A stretch of DNA of 64,000 nt from Camelus ferus (lineage: Eukaryota): positions 14,322,001-14,386,000 of the forward strand of contig NC_045732.1 of NCBI RefSeq assembly GCF_009834535.1, read 5' to 3'. How positions within the stretch are numbered: the first letter of the stretch is position 1; each line of letters begins with the position of its first letter. The position numbers and the translations under genes are program-made. Shown here piece by piece: positions 1 through 13,220 of this stretch. The notes under the pieces are model-generated. The model did not search any database, was not told the DNA's origin, and worked only from the letters and a program-made list of their open reading frames with translations.

Positions 1-938
1 CACTACAAAGAAGTTTTCCAGAGTTTGGCTGTTTCATATGTCACTTAAAAAAAAAAGCAAATGATTTGATTGGACTTCATTTCTTATACGGGCTATTAAC
101 TCAAATACGGCAGGGTTTATTGGTTACTTGCAGTGTGCTCAGATGTTCCTAGCTCCCAGCTCTCGTCTGGGAGCTGGCAGCTCCTGGTTATGATTTCAGC
201 TTTCATTTCTGATTCACATCTTTTGATTCAGAAACCACTAAGGCTGACAGAAGTGCTCTGAGGAGGGCCAAACTAAGGAGTCAAGAAACAACCGCCAAAC
301 CTTCTTTCACCAACCTCCACTTCTACCTTTGTGTCTTAAGTCTCCTTCTTGGTCCTTAACCTAAAGGCAAGACGAATAGAGATATTAGGGATGATGGCCA
401 GTGGCAGCGACTGCTGTAACCACCTCTGGACCACATGCAAATGGGGCACTTATCCTAGAGAGCCCTTGACATCTCAGGACAAAATATAGCTGAAAATTGG
501 ACCCTGTTCCTATTCTAGGCTCCTCACTGCTACTTTTTTTTTCCTCATCTCAATCACACTCATGCGTAAATAGCACATCAGCCCCTCATGATGAGAAACT
601 CAGAGTCACTCTCACCTCACCTCTGTGTTGGTCTTGAAATACATCACCTCGGCCCTAACCCCCTATAATTATCTTCCAGTCCTTAGTATTAACTTCATCT
701 CTTTGCAAAATACTCTAAAGCCATTCTTCTAAGGTTAGATCCAATCTCAGTTCAGAGTTGGTTTCTTCTTTCAGGAGTTATGATCGTACCTTTTTTTAGG
801 CCCTAACAAACACCTTTTGGAGGCTGCGAGCTGCTGCAGCTGATGTCACACACGCTCCAGGCATGACGGTTCTTAGAAAGCCCCGCAGCCTTTGCTTTGA
901 AAGAGCCACACACAACTGCTGACCCATTCTCCTCTCCA

Positions 939-1290
939 TTTGTTTATTCATTCGAACAACAGCAACTCAGCTCCCACAGTGTCTCAGACAGCATTCCACG
1001 TACTGGACATACCTTGGGATCCAAGAGAGACAACTTTCCCATCATCACACAGTTTAACATGTAAGTGCAGGGGAACAGGCTCAAGAAGCCGAGAAATAAA
1101 TAAAGATTTCAGATCGTGACAAGCATATAAAGGAAATCATGGAGGATAATGTGATAGAAGGTGGCTGAGAGGAGGGTCCTTTTCCTTAGTGGTCATGATC
1201 AGGCAGGAATTCTGACAAGTCTTTCGAGGGATGAAGAGGAATCAGCCAAGAGATGTGGAAAGGGTGTTTGCAGGCACTCCTGATGCTGCT
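939..1290 (-). mobile_element. L2 LINE 3' fragment
   Basis: Degenerate reverse complement of the L2 tail (atttgtttattcattcgaacaacagcaactcagctcccacagtgtctcagacagcatt...). Confidence 0.55.
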
Positions 1291-1597
1291 TTTAACAGGC
1301 GACCTCCTCACAAATGATATGGAGAAGCCTCACTATTCGCAGATTCTGTGTTTGCAAATTTGCCTACTCGCTAACATTTTAAAATTCACTGGTGACCTCC
1401 ACATTAATACCTGTGGCATTTGCACATCTATTTGCAGATGTGCTCAGAGCATGGACAAAAATCTGAGTCACCCGGCCAGCACCCAGCTGCGGTTGAACAA
1501 GGACATCCTCCGCCTTCTTGTCTCAGCTCTCACAGACCTAGAGGATGCAGTGCCCAGAGGTGGCGGCTCTGCGGCCAGGTGGGTGGGGACTGAGTCC

Positions 1598-1730
1598 CCA
1601 GCTGTGGCATCTCTTAGTGAAGCCACCTTAGGCAAGTCACTGAACACGTGCAAACCTCCTTCTCTTGTTTATAAAATAAAGAAAATAGAATCTACCAGGC
1701 TGATTTATTTTTACAATTTAAGATTATAAT
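1598..1730 (+). mobile_element. MIR SINE fragment
   Basis: MIR-core-like ccttaggcaagtcactgaac...ctcttgtttataaaataaagaaaatagaatctacc. Confidence 0.55.
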
Positions 1731-4608
1731 CCATGTGAGGGGTGTGTGTGTGAGTATGTGTGTGCGTGCAAAGAGCAAGGGTTCAGTATTAGCCAGTATT
1801 CCTGGGGACTCTACACAACAGAACTTCCGTGAAAAACAAGAATGGATTGTATTTCTCTACTGTCTAGTGTGCCCACAACTGTCCTAAGTATTTTGGGGGC
1901 AGAAAGGGGAGGATGGGAAGCGAAGTTACCCAAGTAAGACAGAAGAACAGAGCCTTGATCATAGGGAGTTGCTAACCCACTGCATCTCCTATTCCAAGGG
2001 CAATTTTGCGGCTTCTCTTTGACAGACTCTGACTTTATGATCCTTTACAGCCAATGAAAGAACAGTTAGAAAGTCAAATAGAAGTGGAGGAGGCCAGCAC
2101 TCATGTTCTGTTCTCATCCTGAGAGCTAAGTCAGCACAGGGCTCCCAGCTGTATTAGTGCTTGGATCTGCTACCAAGAAAGAGCCACAGCCCGGTGTAAG
2201 TTGCAACTGGGTGCACAGTCTATCTGTCCTTTCTAGAAATGCAGTTACATGTACTCATTCCCCAGAAGAGTTCATGATAACACAAATGGGTTGGCTCTTT
2301 TCTCCAGAGTGCTTGGTTAGCCATGCCCAGTAAAAAGTCCCCCTGCTAAGTTTTATGGCATAATACTGTTACAGCATTTCACAGAAGGGGTGAGGTGAAA
2401 TGGGTAATTTATTATTTCGTTCTTGTCACATATGTATAAACATTAAAGGGATTTAATTACATACACAATTAGAAATTGGACTATGTGTCCGTGAAATGTT
2501 CCTCAGCAGTCTGTAAACAGTTTCTAAGTATTTCTAAAAACTTACTCTTTTCATTTGACTTGAATTCAACCGCCAAAGGAGATGTTCAGTGCTGAGCATA
2601 AACCTCACTGGATTTCGGACAAGTATGGCCTTAACATCTTTAGAAATGGTTTTCTGGAACTCATTAGGAAACGTCAAAGGGGAAAAATATCGGGCCACTT
2701 CTAACAGGTGAAATTAGACTAATACACATTTTAGAAATCTCTAGATTTTCAGAGTAAAACCTTTAAATTCCTCTTGTGAAAAGGATACGCTGACTTGATA
2801 GATCACTTCTTATTCATACCCAGTGCAAACACTGAAGTGAGCTTCGGAGAGGAGAGGCCCGATGTGCCGGAGAAAGGAAACTATTTCAGGGTGCCGGGGA
2901 AAGGGTGGTGCCGGGGAAAGGGGGGTGCTGGCATCGCACAATTCCAGAGGCCACCATTCACTCTGAATTCCACAAGAATGGTACCCCTTAAGTTTAAGCC
3001 TCTAAACCTTGCTGTCTCCTGAAATCACTACCAGTGAGACTGAGGATATAAAGACAAATGTCTACTTTCCAAGTTTGCCTAGAACTGGTCCTCTTGGCAG
3101 AAGCAATGCTGTACTGTGATTCAAATTAAGGTGACCTTGAGAAAGGTCCAAACTCTTTTATTTGATGTGATATTGATCTTGTTGCTACTGTTTAAACTCA
3201 ACAGCACTTTTGTGTCTTACCACGAATATGTCATTTTGAGTCCGCATCCAAACTTACAGGGATGCATTATTATACTTTCATAACACTATTATTTCATACC
3301 GTTATATGTTATCATATCCGTAACAATCCCATCTTGCTCAAAGAAGAAAAACACTGGAGGAGTTAATTCCAATCTGCCCAGGACTGGAGCAATGGAAAGA
3401 CCACCGAGCAGCAGAGAAGCTGACAATCGGGCCAGGGAGACGAGGGCACAGAGAAGCCTGTGTGCGCTGGGCTCTACGCGCTGCTGCGGACTGCTGACCA
3501 GGTGCGAAGAGGAGTGGGAGGATGTAAGAGTGCTTTGGGTTTTAATGTCAAAGGCAGCTGTAACGAACATTCCAGAGCCTGGGGCAGAAGCGAGAGAGCC
3601 GCCAGGAGGAACAATGAAAGGGATTCTAATACTTCAGTTTGTATATACAATCAAGCCAAGGAGAACTGAGAAAGGGCAGACTGCGTTACTGTAATTCATC
3701 TAATATGTTTACATGTAATCTTCATCCTGAAATTCTCTCACACCAGAGTCAAATATTTGTAGACTGAGCTCAAGTCGATGAGAAAGAAAAAAAAAAAAAA
3801 AATGGCCACGTTCCCCAGGGTCCCTGTCTGTGGAAGAGAAGCCAGAGAGCAGGACAAAATTTTTTATTATTTAGTATGTTAATTTCATATTGAACATTTT
3901 TGATCAAAACTTTTCAAAGCCCAAGAAAGACTTTTCAAAAAATAAAACTAAAAAAGTGGAATCCATTCATAAAATGCTCTGGGAGAGAAGTACAGTAGTG
4001 ATGGCATGAATAGAAACTGTACGTAATCCGACCCTGACCGCAGAGGGACGTGGTGGAAAGTCATTTGGCCCAGAGGAGACCAATTCTACATATTGACTAA
4101 CTATCCAGATGGGATTTTGCAATATTTCTGCTATGGGATCAAAAAAGAGCTCCCAGGAACCTCATGATAAATCCTCTTTTCTTGAGGTTTCTAAGATTAT
4201 GAAGCTTGAATGTTAGATGAGGAAGCAAGATGCTATTAAAAACAGCAACACACTCTGATGAGCGAAGCAATGAAAGTCTTATTCTAAATGCCTGACACTT
4301 GGAAGCGTCACACAAAGGAATTTTTCTCCCAAGAGTAGCACACATGACACGCCCATCCAAGATGTGGCTAATACAGTGCATTCTTCAGTATAGCAAAATC
4401 GTCACGTGAGGTGCGATGATTTAGAGTGAACAATGGGTGAGAGGAGGCAGGAGTTCAGAACTCCGGGTCCTGGGGAAGTCTTCCAGGAAATGAATGCCAG
4501 GTCTTCCTTCCTTACTAGTTGTCTGTTCTTGGGCATCTGCTTAAATTGTCCACTTCTCAAGTTCCTCATCTGCATGATGAAGAAAACACCAGCTTTTAAG
4601 TGGTAGAA

Positions 4609-4810
4609 CAGGTGCTCCTGCAGGGGACAGTGGCAATGTCTGGAGATATTTTCTGTTGTCACAACTGGTGGGGGGGGGTACCACTGGCATCTAGTGGGTA
4701 GAGGCAAGAGATGCTGCCAACTAAACATCGTACAGTGCTCAGGACAGCGCTCACCACAAAAGAGAATTATCCAGCCCCACACGTCACTAGTGTCGAGGTA
4801 GAAACGCTGG
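4609..4810 (+). mobile_element. MER20 (hAT-Charlie) inserted within a MIR
   Basis: ggcaatgtctggagatattttctgttgtcacaactgg...ctggcatctagtgggtagagg...gaattatccagccc matches MER20; MIR-like halves flank it (~4500-4600 and ~4815-4900). Confidence 0.8.
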
Positions 4811-5178
4811 GGCGGACTGTGGTGAGAACTAAATGAATTAGTATATGAAAGCCACTGACAAATGCTTGGCTGATAGTAATTACTCAATAAATGTTAACCA
4901 CCACTATTGTTAATAAGTTTTGTTTATCTGGAATGGCCATACATAATCAACAATTTAAGTTCTAGGACCAGCTGGTCTGTGCCAATTACCTGGGGACTTT
5001 CTAGCCTGAATCAAAACTTCCACCCACTGTAACAATGGCTTTGGAAGCTATGACATGAGGACTAATTCCAGAATTTTTGGAGTTAGTTTCAAATCCCCAA
5101 AGTATTCCTTATCCTTCTTGATGCAATGAGGGGTGGAGGGCGGGTGGGCAGCAGAGCAGCATCTTCCATGATGTGGAG

Positions 5179-5672
5179 CAGGAAGTGGGAAACTTTACTG
5201 TAAAGGGCTAGACAGCAAATATTTTAGCTATGTGGACCGTATGCTCTCTCTTGTAACTACTCAATGCCACTGTTGTAGAAAGAAAGCAGCCACTGATGAT
5301 ATGTAATCAAATGGGTGTGGCTGTGTCCCAATAAAACTATTTACAAGAACAGGTAACGAATGGTTACCAAAGGGGAAAGGGTAGGGGGGATAAATTAGGA
5401 GTTTGGGATTTGCAGATACTAACTCCTATATATAAAATAGATAAACAACAAGGTCCTACTGTATATAGCACAGGGAACTATATTCAGTATCTTGTAATAA
5501 CCTATAATGAAAAAGAATATGAAAATGAATATATGTATGTATATGTATAACTGAATCACTATGCTGTACACCAGAAATTAACACAACACCGCAAATCAAC
5601 TATACTTCAATTAAAAAAAAAATAGGTGACGAGTCAGATTTGGCCCTAAGGTTATAGTTTGCTAACCTCTAG
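5179..5672 (+). mobile_element. MER58A (hAT-Charlie) interrupted by an L1 3' fragment
   Basis: MER58A 5' part (aactttactgtaaagggctagacagc...aataaaactatttacaagaacagg) and 3' part (gatttggccc...tagtttgctaacctct) flank the L1. Confidence 0.75.
5358..5620 (+). mobile_element. L1 3'-UTR fragment (cetartiodactyl/camelid type)
   Basis: ggttaccaaaggggaaagg...gggaactatattc...ctgaatcactatgctgtacaccagaaa...tatacttcaattaaaa; degenerate TSD aacaggtaac (5348-5357) / aataggtgac (5621-5630). Confidence 0.85.
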
Positions 5673-8114
5673 CATAGAAGGAAAAACCATGGACTTTGTA
5701 GTCAAAGAATTGCAGGTGTGAAAAATATGTTGAATTTCTGGGAGAATGCTTTCTTATTTGCATATTTTCAATGAAAATATCTGTAAACTGTCTGGCACTT
5801 AATAGGTGCTTGATAAATTAAATAGTTTTCTTCCTTTAAGGCAGGAATAGATCCAATGACTGAATTCATAGAATTTCAATTTGAAAATGAAAACATACTT
5901 GCAGTATGGTTTGTACTTTGCCCATAAGGTCCTGCCAGCTTCTGTCACAGTTGTGACAAATGCTGCTCTTCCCCAATGCTTTTCTCAGAGTACACTCAAC
6001 TGGCTTCAATCTTACATTCTCGGCATTTATGCCACTGACTTTTCTTTATGTGTTTAATGGTAACTCTGTTCAAAGCTGTTCCAAAATGAAGCAGCAGAAT
6101 GGAAGGTGTTGCTCATAATTCATTCAAAAACAATAAACTCCTCCCTTCCTTTCTCTTATTAATTACACATTTTATAACGCAAAGGCTCTACACCCTTCCG
6201 TTTGGGTTGGGCACACAGAATGAAAAAGAAAAAAAACCTGTTAACTTGTTGTGGGTACTTGTCTCTATCAAGTCTTTTTCATAAAGTTTCTGGTAAGTGG
6301 TACGTTTCTATTAAGTGATTTTCAACAAATGTATTTCGTAAAAAAGCAGCTTTGAGATGTTGTGGTCAGAGCTAAAAACAAATAACTATAGAAGAGGATG
6401 GTTGAGTGCCGGGGAGGATGGAGGTGATAGGTTTTCAGGGAAGGGAAGTCATTTCTAATGGAAAGAGGAAGCTTCTCTCCCATGACCTTCCATTACTCAT
6501 TTTCAGTCTTACATGTCATTTCTCATTAAGTGGCATTCTTTTTAGATGTTGTGCCATGATTCCTGAATAGTGATATACTGGAAAAACACAAAGTTGGACT
6601 CCTATTCAGGCTTGAGTTCCTCAAGTGTGGGTGTCATCTGCGGTCCTGCAAAGTGGTGGAGAGCGAGGATTGGATCCCTGCTCTTTGGTATTCCTGACAG
6701 TGAGTGAAATAGATTTGATTATATCACTGATTAGACTTGCCCTTTGAGGTAAAACTGGAAATTGTTAAGCTTTATTCTGGCTTTCTGATACACCAGTGAT
6801 ATCTACAAAACACCCTGCCTGGCCGTTGTCACTCTAGCGTATAAGCAGAAGCTGCTAGCCTGATTTTTAAATATCTTTGATGCTCAGTATTTAACAGTCA
6901 CATTTGTTCAAATACAGTCAAAGGAGAGTTTAGAGAAAATGAACATGTGAGCTATGGTCACCGGAGGAAAGGGATCTGTGCTATCATTCCATCTGAGAGA
7001 AAGGTCTGTGGTCTGTTCTCCTCAGAGCGGGACATGAGACTAGGATGGAAGTACAAGTTGTTGCTAGGAAATGCCAGTAGGAATGTGGGGAAGCAAGACA
7101 GGGAAAGGTATGAAACCAGTGAAGTGCGCTTTTACCAAGACTACTGTGGACAAATGGAGATTAATCCCAGTAGGTAACTTTGGGAAACAGTGCAGAATAC
7201 TCCAGCTGCTGGCGAAGAAGAGCGCTAGTTATCTGGTACCTCCCATCAGTGGCTGGTGGAAGGCTGCTGGAGGGGGGAGATGGGCATTTACTCCCCTCTG
7301 GAATTAGCTAGAAGGGTGGGGTGGGAAAAGCCCCCAGGCAGAGTCTTAGTCTCTTGCAGCTGGAAGCTCTCAGGCCAGGGGACACAGGACTGGTGATGGA
7401 TGTGGCACTGACAGTCCGAGACAGGAGCGCAGAGGGGACTACGATCTGGATGTTTCTTAAGAGCTGAGGTTATAAGAATGTTCTGTAATCATACAGTAGT
7501 GATGGTTAAACAACTTTGTGAATATAATAAAAAAACAGTGAATGGTACACTTAAAAAGGATGAATATTACAACTTTAAAACAGTGAAGTGCATCTGAATT
7601 TTAAAAATACTTGGAGCTTATAATGCTGAATAACTAATCTCCAAAACCTAAGTTCCCTGAAAGCATGTCCACAAAATATACAAAGATGCAAACAGATACC
7701 CTGCATCAAGGATACAATGCTGATATTGGACTGAATGTGGTGTTAGCTGGCATTTGGTCTTCACAATAATGAATACTGTCACTATCTAAATAAAAACAAA
7801 AGCTGTAATGGGGATCAGAGAGCCCTGGTGTTACAGTTGTTGAGTTTGCTCTGTGTCTCCAATGACTTATGGCAAATGGCAGAGCGAGAGAAAGTTTGAT
7901 ATGACAGGGCTTTCTGTCCTCAGCTTGGTCAGTCCTGACTCTGGGGCCACAATATACCTACAGACTTCCAGTTACAACTGACCATAAACGGATCTACCTC
8001 TGAGCATGAGGACACCAAGTTCCCTGGAAAAGAAAACTCATGAAATCAAGCAAGTCTGACTAAAATATATGTATTTCTTTATCTAGAGAACCCTTCCTTT
8101 TCTATCATTTCAAC

Positions 8115-8368
8115 ATTTTAAAAAAAATTGAAGCAGAGTCGGTTTGCAATGTTGTGTTAATTTCTAGTGTACAGTATAGTGATTCTATACTATAGTTACA
8201 CACACACACGCATATATATTTCTTTTCATATTTTTTTCATTCTAGGCTATTACAAGATGTTGAACATAGTTCCCTGTGCTCTACAGGAGACCTTGTTGTT
8301 TTATCGATTTTATATATAGTAGTTAGTATCTGCAAATCCCCCACTCCCAATTTATCCCTCCATCCCCC
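8115..8368 (-). mobile_element. L1 3'-UTR fragment
   Basis: Reverse complement of the same L1 end; 9-bp TSD catttcaac at 8106-8114 and 8369-8377. Confidence 0.85.
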
Positions 8369-9509
8369 CATTTCAACTCATTGTGAAATTATTATTGGCT
8401 TTACAGCTTTAAGCCACAATATGTCATTTTCTGCAGTAAAATGGAATTGTAAACACTTGAGTTAGGGATTACACAAAGTGCTTCTCTCTCTCCCTCCCTC
8501 CCTCCATTATCTGAAAGGTCAACTGCATTTCTATATACAAACCTGACAGATGTGGCCTCCTCACCTCCCTACCTGGGAAACAGAATGCTCTGTTGATATT
8601 GTCAGGATCAGGGGGTGGAGAGGAGGCGGCATCCTGCCAGGTAATGGAAACACTGCTTGCTTTCATTTTATTACCAAGAACAAAGCCTTCTTATTGTTTA
8701 ATAGAACACTTAAAGGCGGACCTCATGGGCATAGTTATGATTTTTTCGAGACCACAAATAAGAGGGATTCTTTAAGGCCATTTCATGAAAAACAGCAGGA
8801 AAAAAAAATACTTTCTTCTGCAAAAATTAAAGCAATGCTTTGTTTAAGTAGCCAGAGCTCGACTTCTAGGTTAGCACGCGCGTGCTCTCTCTATCTGCAC
8901 ACTTGAGGGCATTGCTCGCCCAGGCAGCTGTTCTTTTGTTAACCTCAGATCAAGGCTATGTCAGAGATACGAAAGAACCGCCTTCCTTTAGGAGATCATC
9001 TCTCTGCCATCATCCTTTTCAGATAACATGCTAAAAGAAGAAACATTTTGGACCCCAGATAAACAAACCAACACTCTCCCATGGCAAACTATAAAACTGA
9101 GAACCACACAAATCTTAATTCAGTGCTTATGCGGATTCTGCCAGCAAACTCAACTTCTGATGCAGTCCCTGCTTCTCAGCTGCAAGTTTTTACTTCTCTC
9201 TCCCCTCAAAGTATACATTGCGAAAGCTCCTGGTTTCTGGAGATCTTTGCAATCGTCTTAGTAGCTAAGGAACAAAAGCGAGAGGAACTGAGGATGCTCT
9301 TATCCCTCCATGGAGGAGGAGGACATGATGGTGTACGAGGATGACACACAAAGCAATCCTACAGATGTGCTGAGTGCCCACGCGGTGCAAAACCCCACAC
9401 CAGAAACAGAAGTTTGTCCTCTAGAATGACTTCACTAGAAGACAGACAGCAAACATGCCAACTGCACACATAATTAACTGCTAAACCGCCAGCTACAGAA
9501 GTTCTACAG

Positions 9510-9778
9510 CCGTGGGGTCCAAATATGGCAGCCACTAGCCACTTGCGGTTTTTGAGCACTTGAAATGTGGCTAGTGGGAGTGGAGGTGTGCTGGGAGGAA
9601 GAAACGCATACGTTAATCACTCTTGTATTGATTACATGTTGACGTTTTGACTATAACGGGTCAAAGAAATTGTGTAGTAAAATTAATTTTACCTATTTGT
9701 TTTTCCTGTTTTAAAAATGTGGTTACTTGGAAATTTAAAATTATCTATGTGCTTCCATCATATTTCAACTGAACAGTG
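9510..9778 (-). mobile_element. MER33-like hAT-Charlie element
   Basis: gtccaaatatggcagccactagccac...gagcacttgaaatgtggctagt and ttaaaattatctatgtg match MER33/MER3 termini. Confidence 0.65.
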
Positions 9779-10631
9779 AATTGGGAGGCTTAACTGTGGT
9801 GGGGGTGGAGGGTGTGTGGTCTTTCCCAGACCTCACCTTCTTCTAACTGATTTCCTTTGTATCTTTCACCTAGTGGGTCTGCATCATCTCAGTCTGAAGC
9901 TATCCATGCTTACTTTCCTAGGGTTTTCTCCTGAAACTGTGGTGGTGAAAGTTATTAAGTCAGTAGGAGGGGTGACGGGAGGGAAACTGGAGAGCACTGT
10001 CACTGTACAAGATGGGCTTTGCCAAAAGGACGGTGAAAAGTGAATCTAATCTGGTTTCAAAGAGAAGAGGAAAGACCATAGAATTCAGATGTCTGTCAGT
10101 TGCTGATTATTTGAGGTTGTGTTTTGTGTGTGTGTGTGTTTGAGGATAAAGGGAATCTGATATTTCTTCAATTAGAAAAAAAGAGTCTGATATCAAAAGT
10201 GTCACCCTATAAGCCATCTTTGGACCTAGGTTGACTTGCCACCCTTATCTGTGGAAGTGTTTAGAAGTGTTTCCCTCAAGTTGATTCAAAGTGGCTATCT
10301 GGTCATTTTCTAAGGAAAAGAAAGATACTATCCTGCTTCTCAAGGAGTCCAGCCAACTAGGAGAGGGAAGAGATACGCACTTAAAAGATGGTGAGGATTT
10401 GTGCCCAAGGACTGCATCTGTATCAGTAAATCACTATAGAGTTTTCCTTACGTTTTTATGTTCAAATTATGAAACTCATTCTATTCATAAATTCAAGAAA
10501 TTTTACAAAACCAAGAATAATCACTCTCAGGGAATCCCTGAATCAATGTTTACCTCAAGTTGAACAGACTCAACTCCATTAAACAATCAATTCCATCTAT
10601 AAATTAGTTGATTAAGTTTTTGTGCATATTT

Positions 10632-10830
10632 TAAAAATTGAGGTAAAACTTACATACAGAAATGTATCAATCTCAAGAGACAATTCAATAGATCGTGATA
10701 ATCAACAAGACCAATAGCTTAAATCAAGATATAAAATATTTCTATCACCCCAGAAAGTACCCTCAAGCCCCTCTTCTAGTCAGTTCTCACCTCACAGGTA
10801 ATCATTGTTCAGATTTTCATCACCAAATTC
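10632..10830 (-). mobile_element. Ancient L1M (L1MC/ME-like) 3' fragment
   Basis: aattgaggtaaaacttacatac...aaatcaagatataaaatatttctatcaccccagaaagtaccctc is typical of old L1M 3' ends. Confidence 0.55.
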
Positions 10831-12804
10831 CTGTAACATTTCAAATTGCGTTTATAACTGTAACATATTCAATTTACTTTTTAAGTACCTTAAATGCCTA
10901 ACAGGACAAAATTAAAACCCTACCAAGGTAAATCTTCCCAAGTCCTTAAGTAGCTCTTAGAAATCTAATAAACTTACAAATGTAGTGAAACTCAAGTTCG
11001 ACTGAATATTCTAATACTGGCTGGAAACAAATGATTTTATGCTTTCAACTTAAAATCAGAGGTCTAAAATAAATGACATGTTTCAGACAGGAATCTCAAA
11101 GCCAACCTGTCCAATTTCTGTAACATGTCATATTCTCTTAAATGCTACAAACCCTTAAAATACAAACATATGTTTTAGTCCTAAACTGTAACACAAAATA
11201 TTGATTCTGTGGCTATTATTTAGATTTTCATTTTTTAAAAAACAATTCTCAAACTTCTAGGGGAGGAGGGAAAAAAGAACTTTATTAACTGAAAGAAGTA
11301 AACTGGTCAGCTCAAAGAAGCTGAGCTTACCAGGTCAAGGATTAATGGTCAATGATTTGAGACTAACTCAAAAGATCTGAAGGCTCACTGGTTCTACTGG
11401 TACCACAGATATATACTCATTGGGCCTTCACTATTGTGGGTCAGACAGGGTTTCCAATTCCCCAGCAGATGAGATTGTTTCTGGTCATGAGAATTCCCCC
11501 TGAGAATTTTTAATCATGCCTTTCAACTCTACCACCTGGTTTGGGTAGCTAAAGTTTGGTAACCACTTCAGCTGCTTTACCACTCGTTTGGATTCACTCC
11601 ATTTCTTGACTGGCTGATCCTTGTTATGTCTGGCTTTAAGTCACATTTCTGTGATCACCTGAATGACACTAACCTCAAAGGGCCACTGGGATAATTAAAT
11701 CAGGAAGTGGTAGCAGGAGTTGGTCAAGTGGTCATTATTGTTTTTCGTGTAGATCTGCAGAAGTCCTCCCACTTTTGTTTTCCCTACACTACAAGCTATA
11801 CCTCGATGTGGGACTGGAACCACGTGATACAGTCATCAGCTCCTTCTAACAGCTCCAAGAGTGGAGGGGCACCATCTTCCACCTATGTAAATAGATGGAA
11901 GGTGTCCTTGAACTTACCAAAGCCCAATACTGAGCTTGCCTACTCAGAGAAATAGGCTACTCTGAGTGTTTTCATCACCTCATATATATGAACCTGATGT
12001 TATATCTAGTGAAAAATAGTTTTAAAAGCACAGTAAAGGCTCTATCATAAATTCCTAGGCCGGGAAGTTACCTCACTTGGTTGTAAAAATCTTTATTTGT
12101 GTTACTTTTCACTGAAAGCCCTTTACATTCAGTGGTAGCCTCAGGCTTTTTAAATAGCTGAATTTAAAATTTCATATTTCAGTTTCAAACAAAAATAACT
12201 AGTGCTACAATTGCACTCTTGTTAACAAACATTTTATATGCATGACTCAACTATTTTGCTGGGAATTTCAAAATTAGAACAAAGCTCTTCAGTTTTCCGA
12301 AGGCATTTAGCAATCAAAAACAGAAGTCAATCGAATGAAGGTAAAAGATAATGTGTCCTGTTTCCTTCATAATCTGTAATTATCTTATATAATATCAGAG
12401 ATAATTTCAGCTTGATTATCATAAAAAGCAATTTTACACTGAAGAAATAATTTAAACTAGGTATGAAGACCCAGAAACAAAAGAGATTGGTTCAGTAACA
12501 AAATGAGGGACTGATGCTTAGGATCATGTTTATCTCTAAAAGTCATGCACAGGAGCAATAATGGGACCCAATCTTCTACCCTCTCATCTGGCATCATTCC
12601 TCTCACACCTCTGACTCTCCCACCTGGATCCATCCAACAGCACCATCTCATGTGAAAGTTANNNNNNNNNNNNNNNNNNNNNNNNNNNNNNNNNNNNNNN
12701 NNNNNNNNNNNNNNNNNNNNNNNNNNNNNNNNNNNNNNNNNNNNNNNNNNNNNNNNNNNNNNNNNNNNNNNNNNNNNNNNNNNNNNNNNNNNNNNNNNNN
12801 NNNN

Positions 12805-13220
12805 ATGGTTGGACCTGGAGGTCATCATACTAACTGAAGTAAGCCAGAAAGAGAGAAAAATACCACATAATATCATTCATTTGGGGACTCTAAAAAGAAA
12901 AAAAAGGACAAACGAGCTTACTTACAAAACAGAGACAGGCTCACAGATATAGAAAACAAATTTATGGTTACTGGGGGGAAGGGGGTGTGAAGGGATAAAT
13001 TGGGAGCTCAGGATTTGTAGGTACTAACAACTATATATGAAATAGATAAACAACAAGTTTCTACTGTAGAGCACAGGGAACTATATCCAGTATCCTGTAA
13101 TTACCTATAATGAAAAATATGATAAGGAATATATCTGTATACCTGAATCACTATGCTGTACACCAGAAATTAACATAACATTGTAAATCAACTCTACTTC
13201 AATAAAAAGAAATTTAAAAA
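12805..13220 (+). mobile_element. L1 3' fragment; its 5' junction is in the N run 12662-12804
   Basis: atggttggacctggaggtcatcatactaactgaagtaagccagaaagag...ctgtacaccagaaattaac...ctacttcaataaaa. Confidence 0.85.

Noticed and set aside
7958-8023. 66-nt pseudo-exon with a good acceptor and an in-frame TAG
   Set aside because: The donor (TAG|GTATAT) is weak; indistinguishable from background pseudo-exons.
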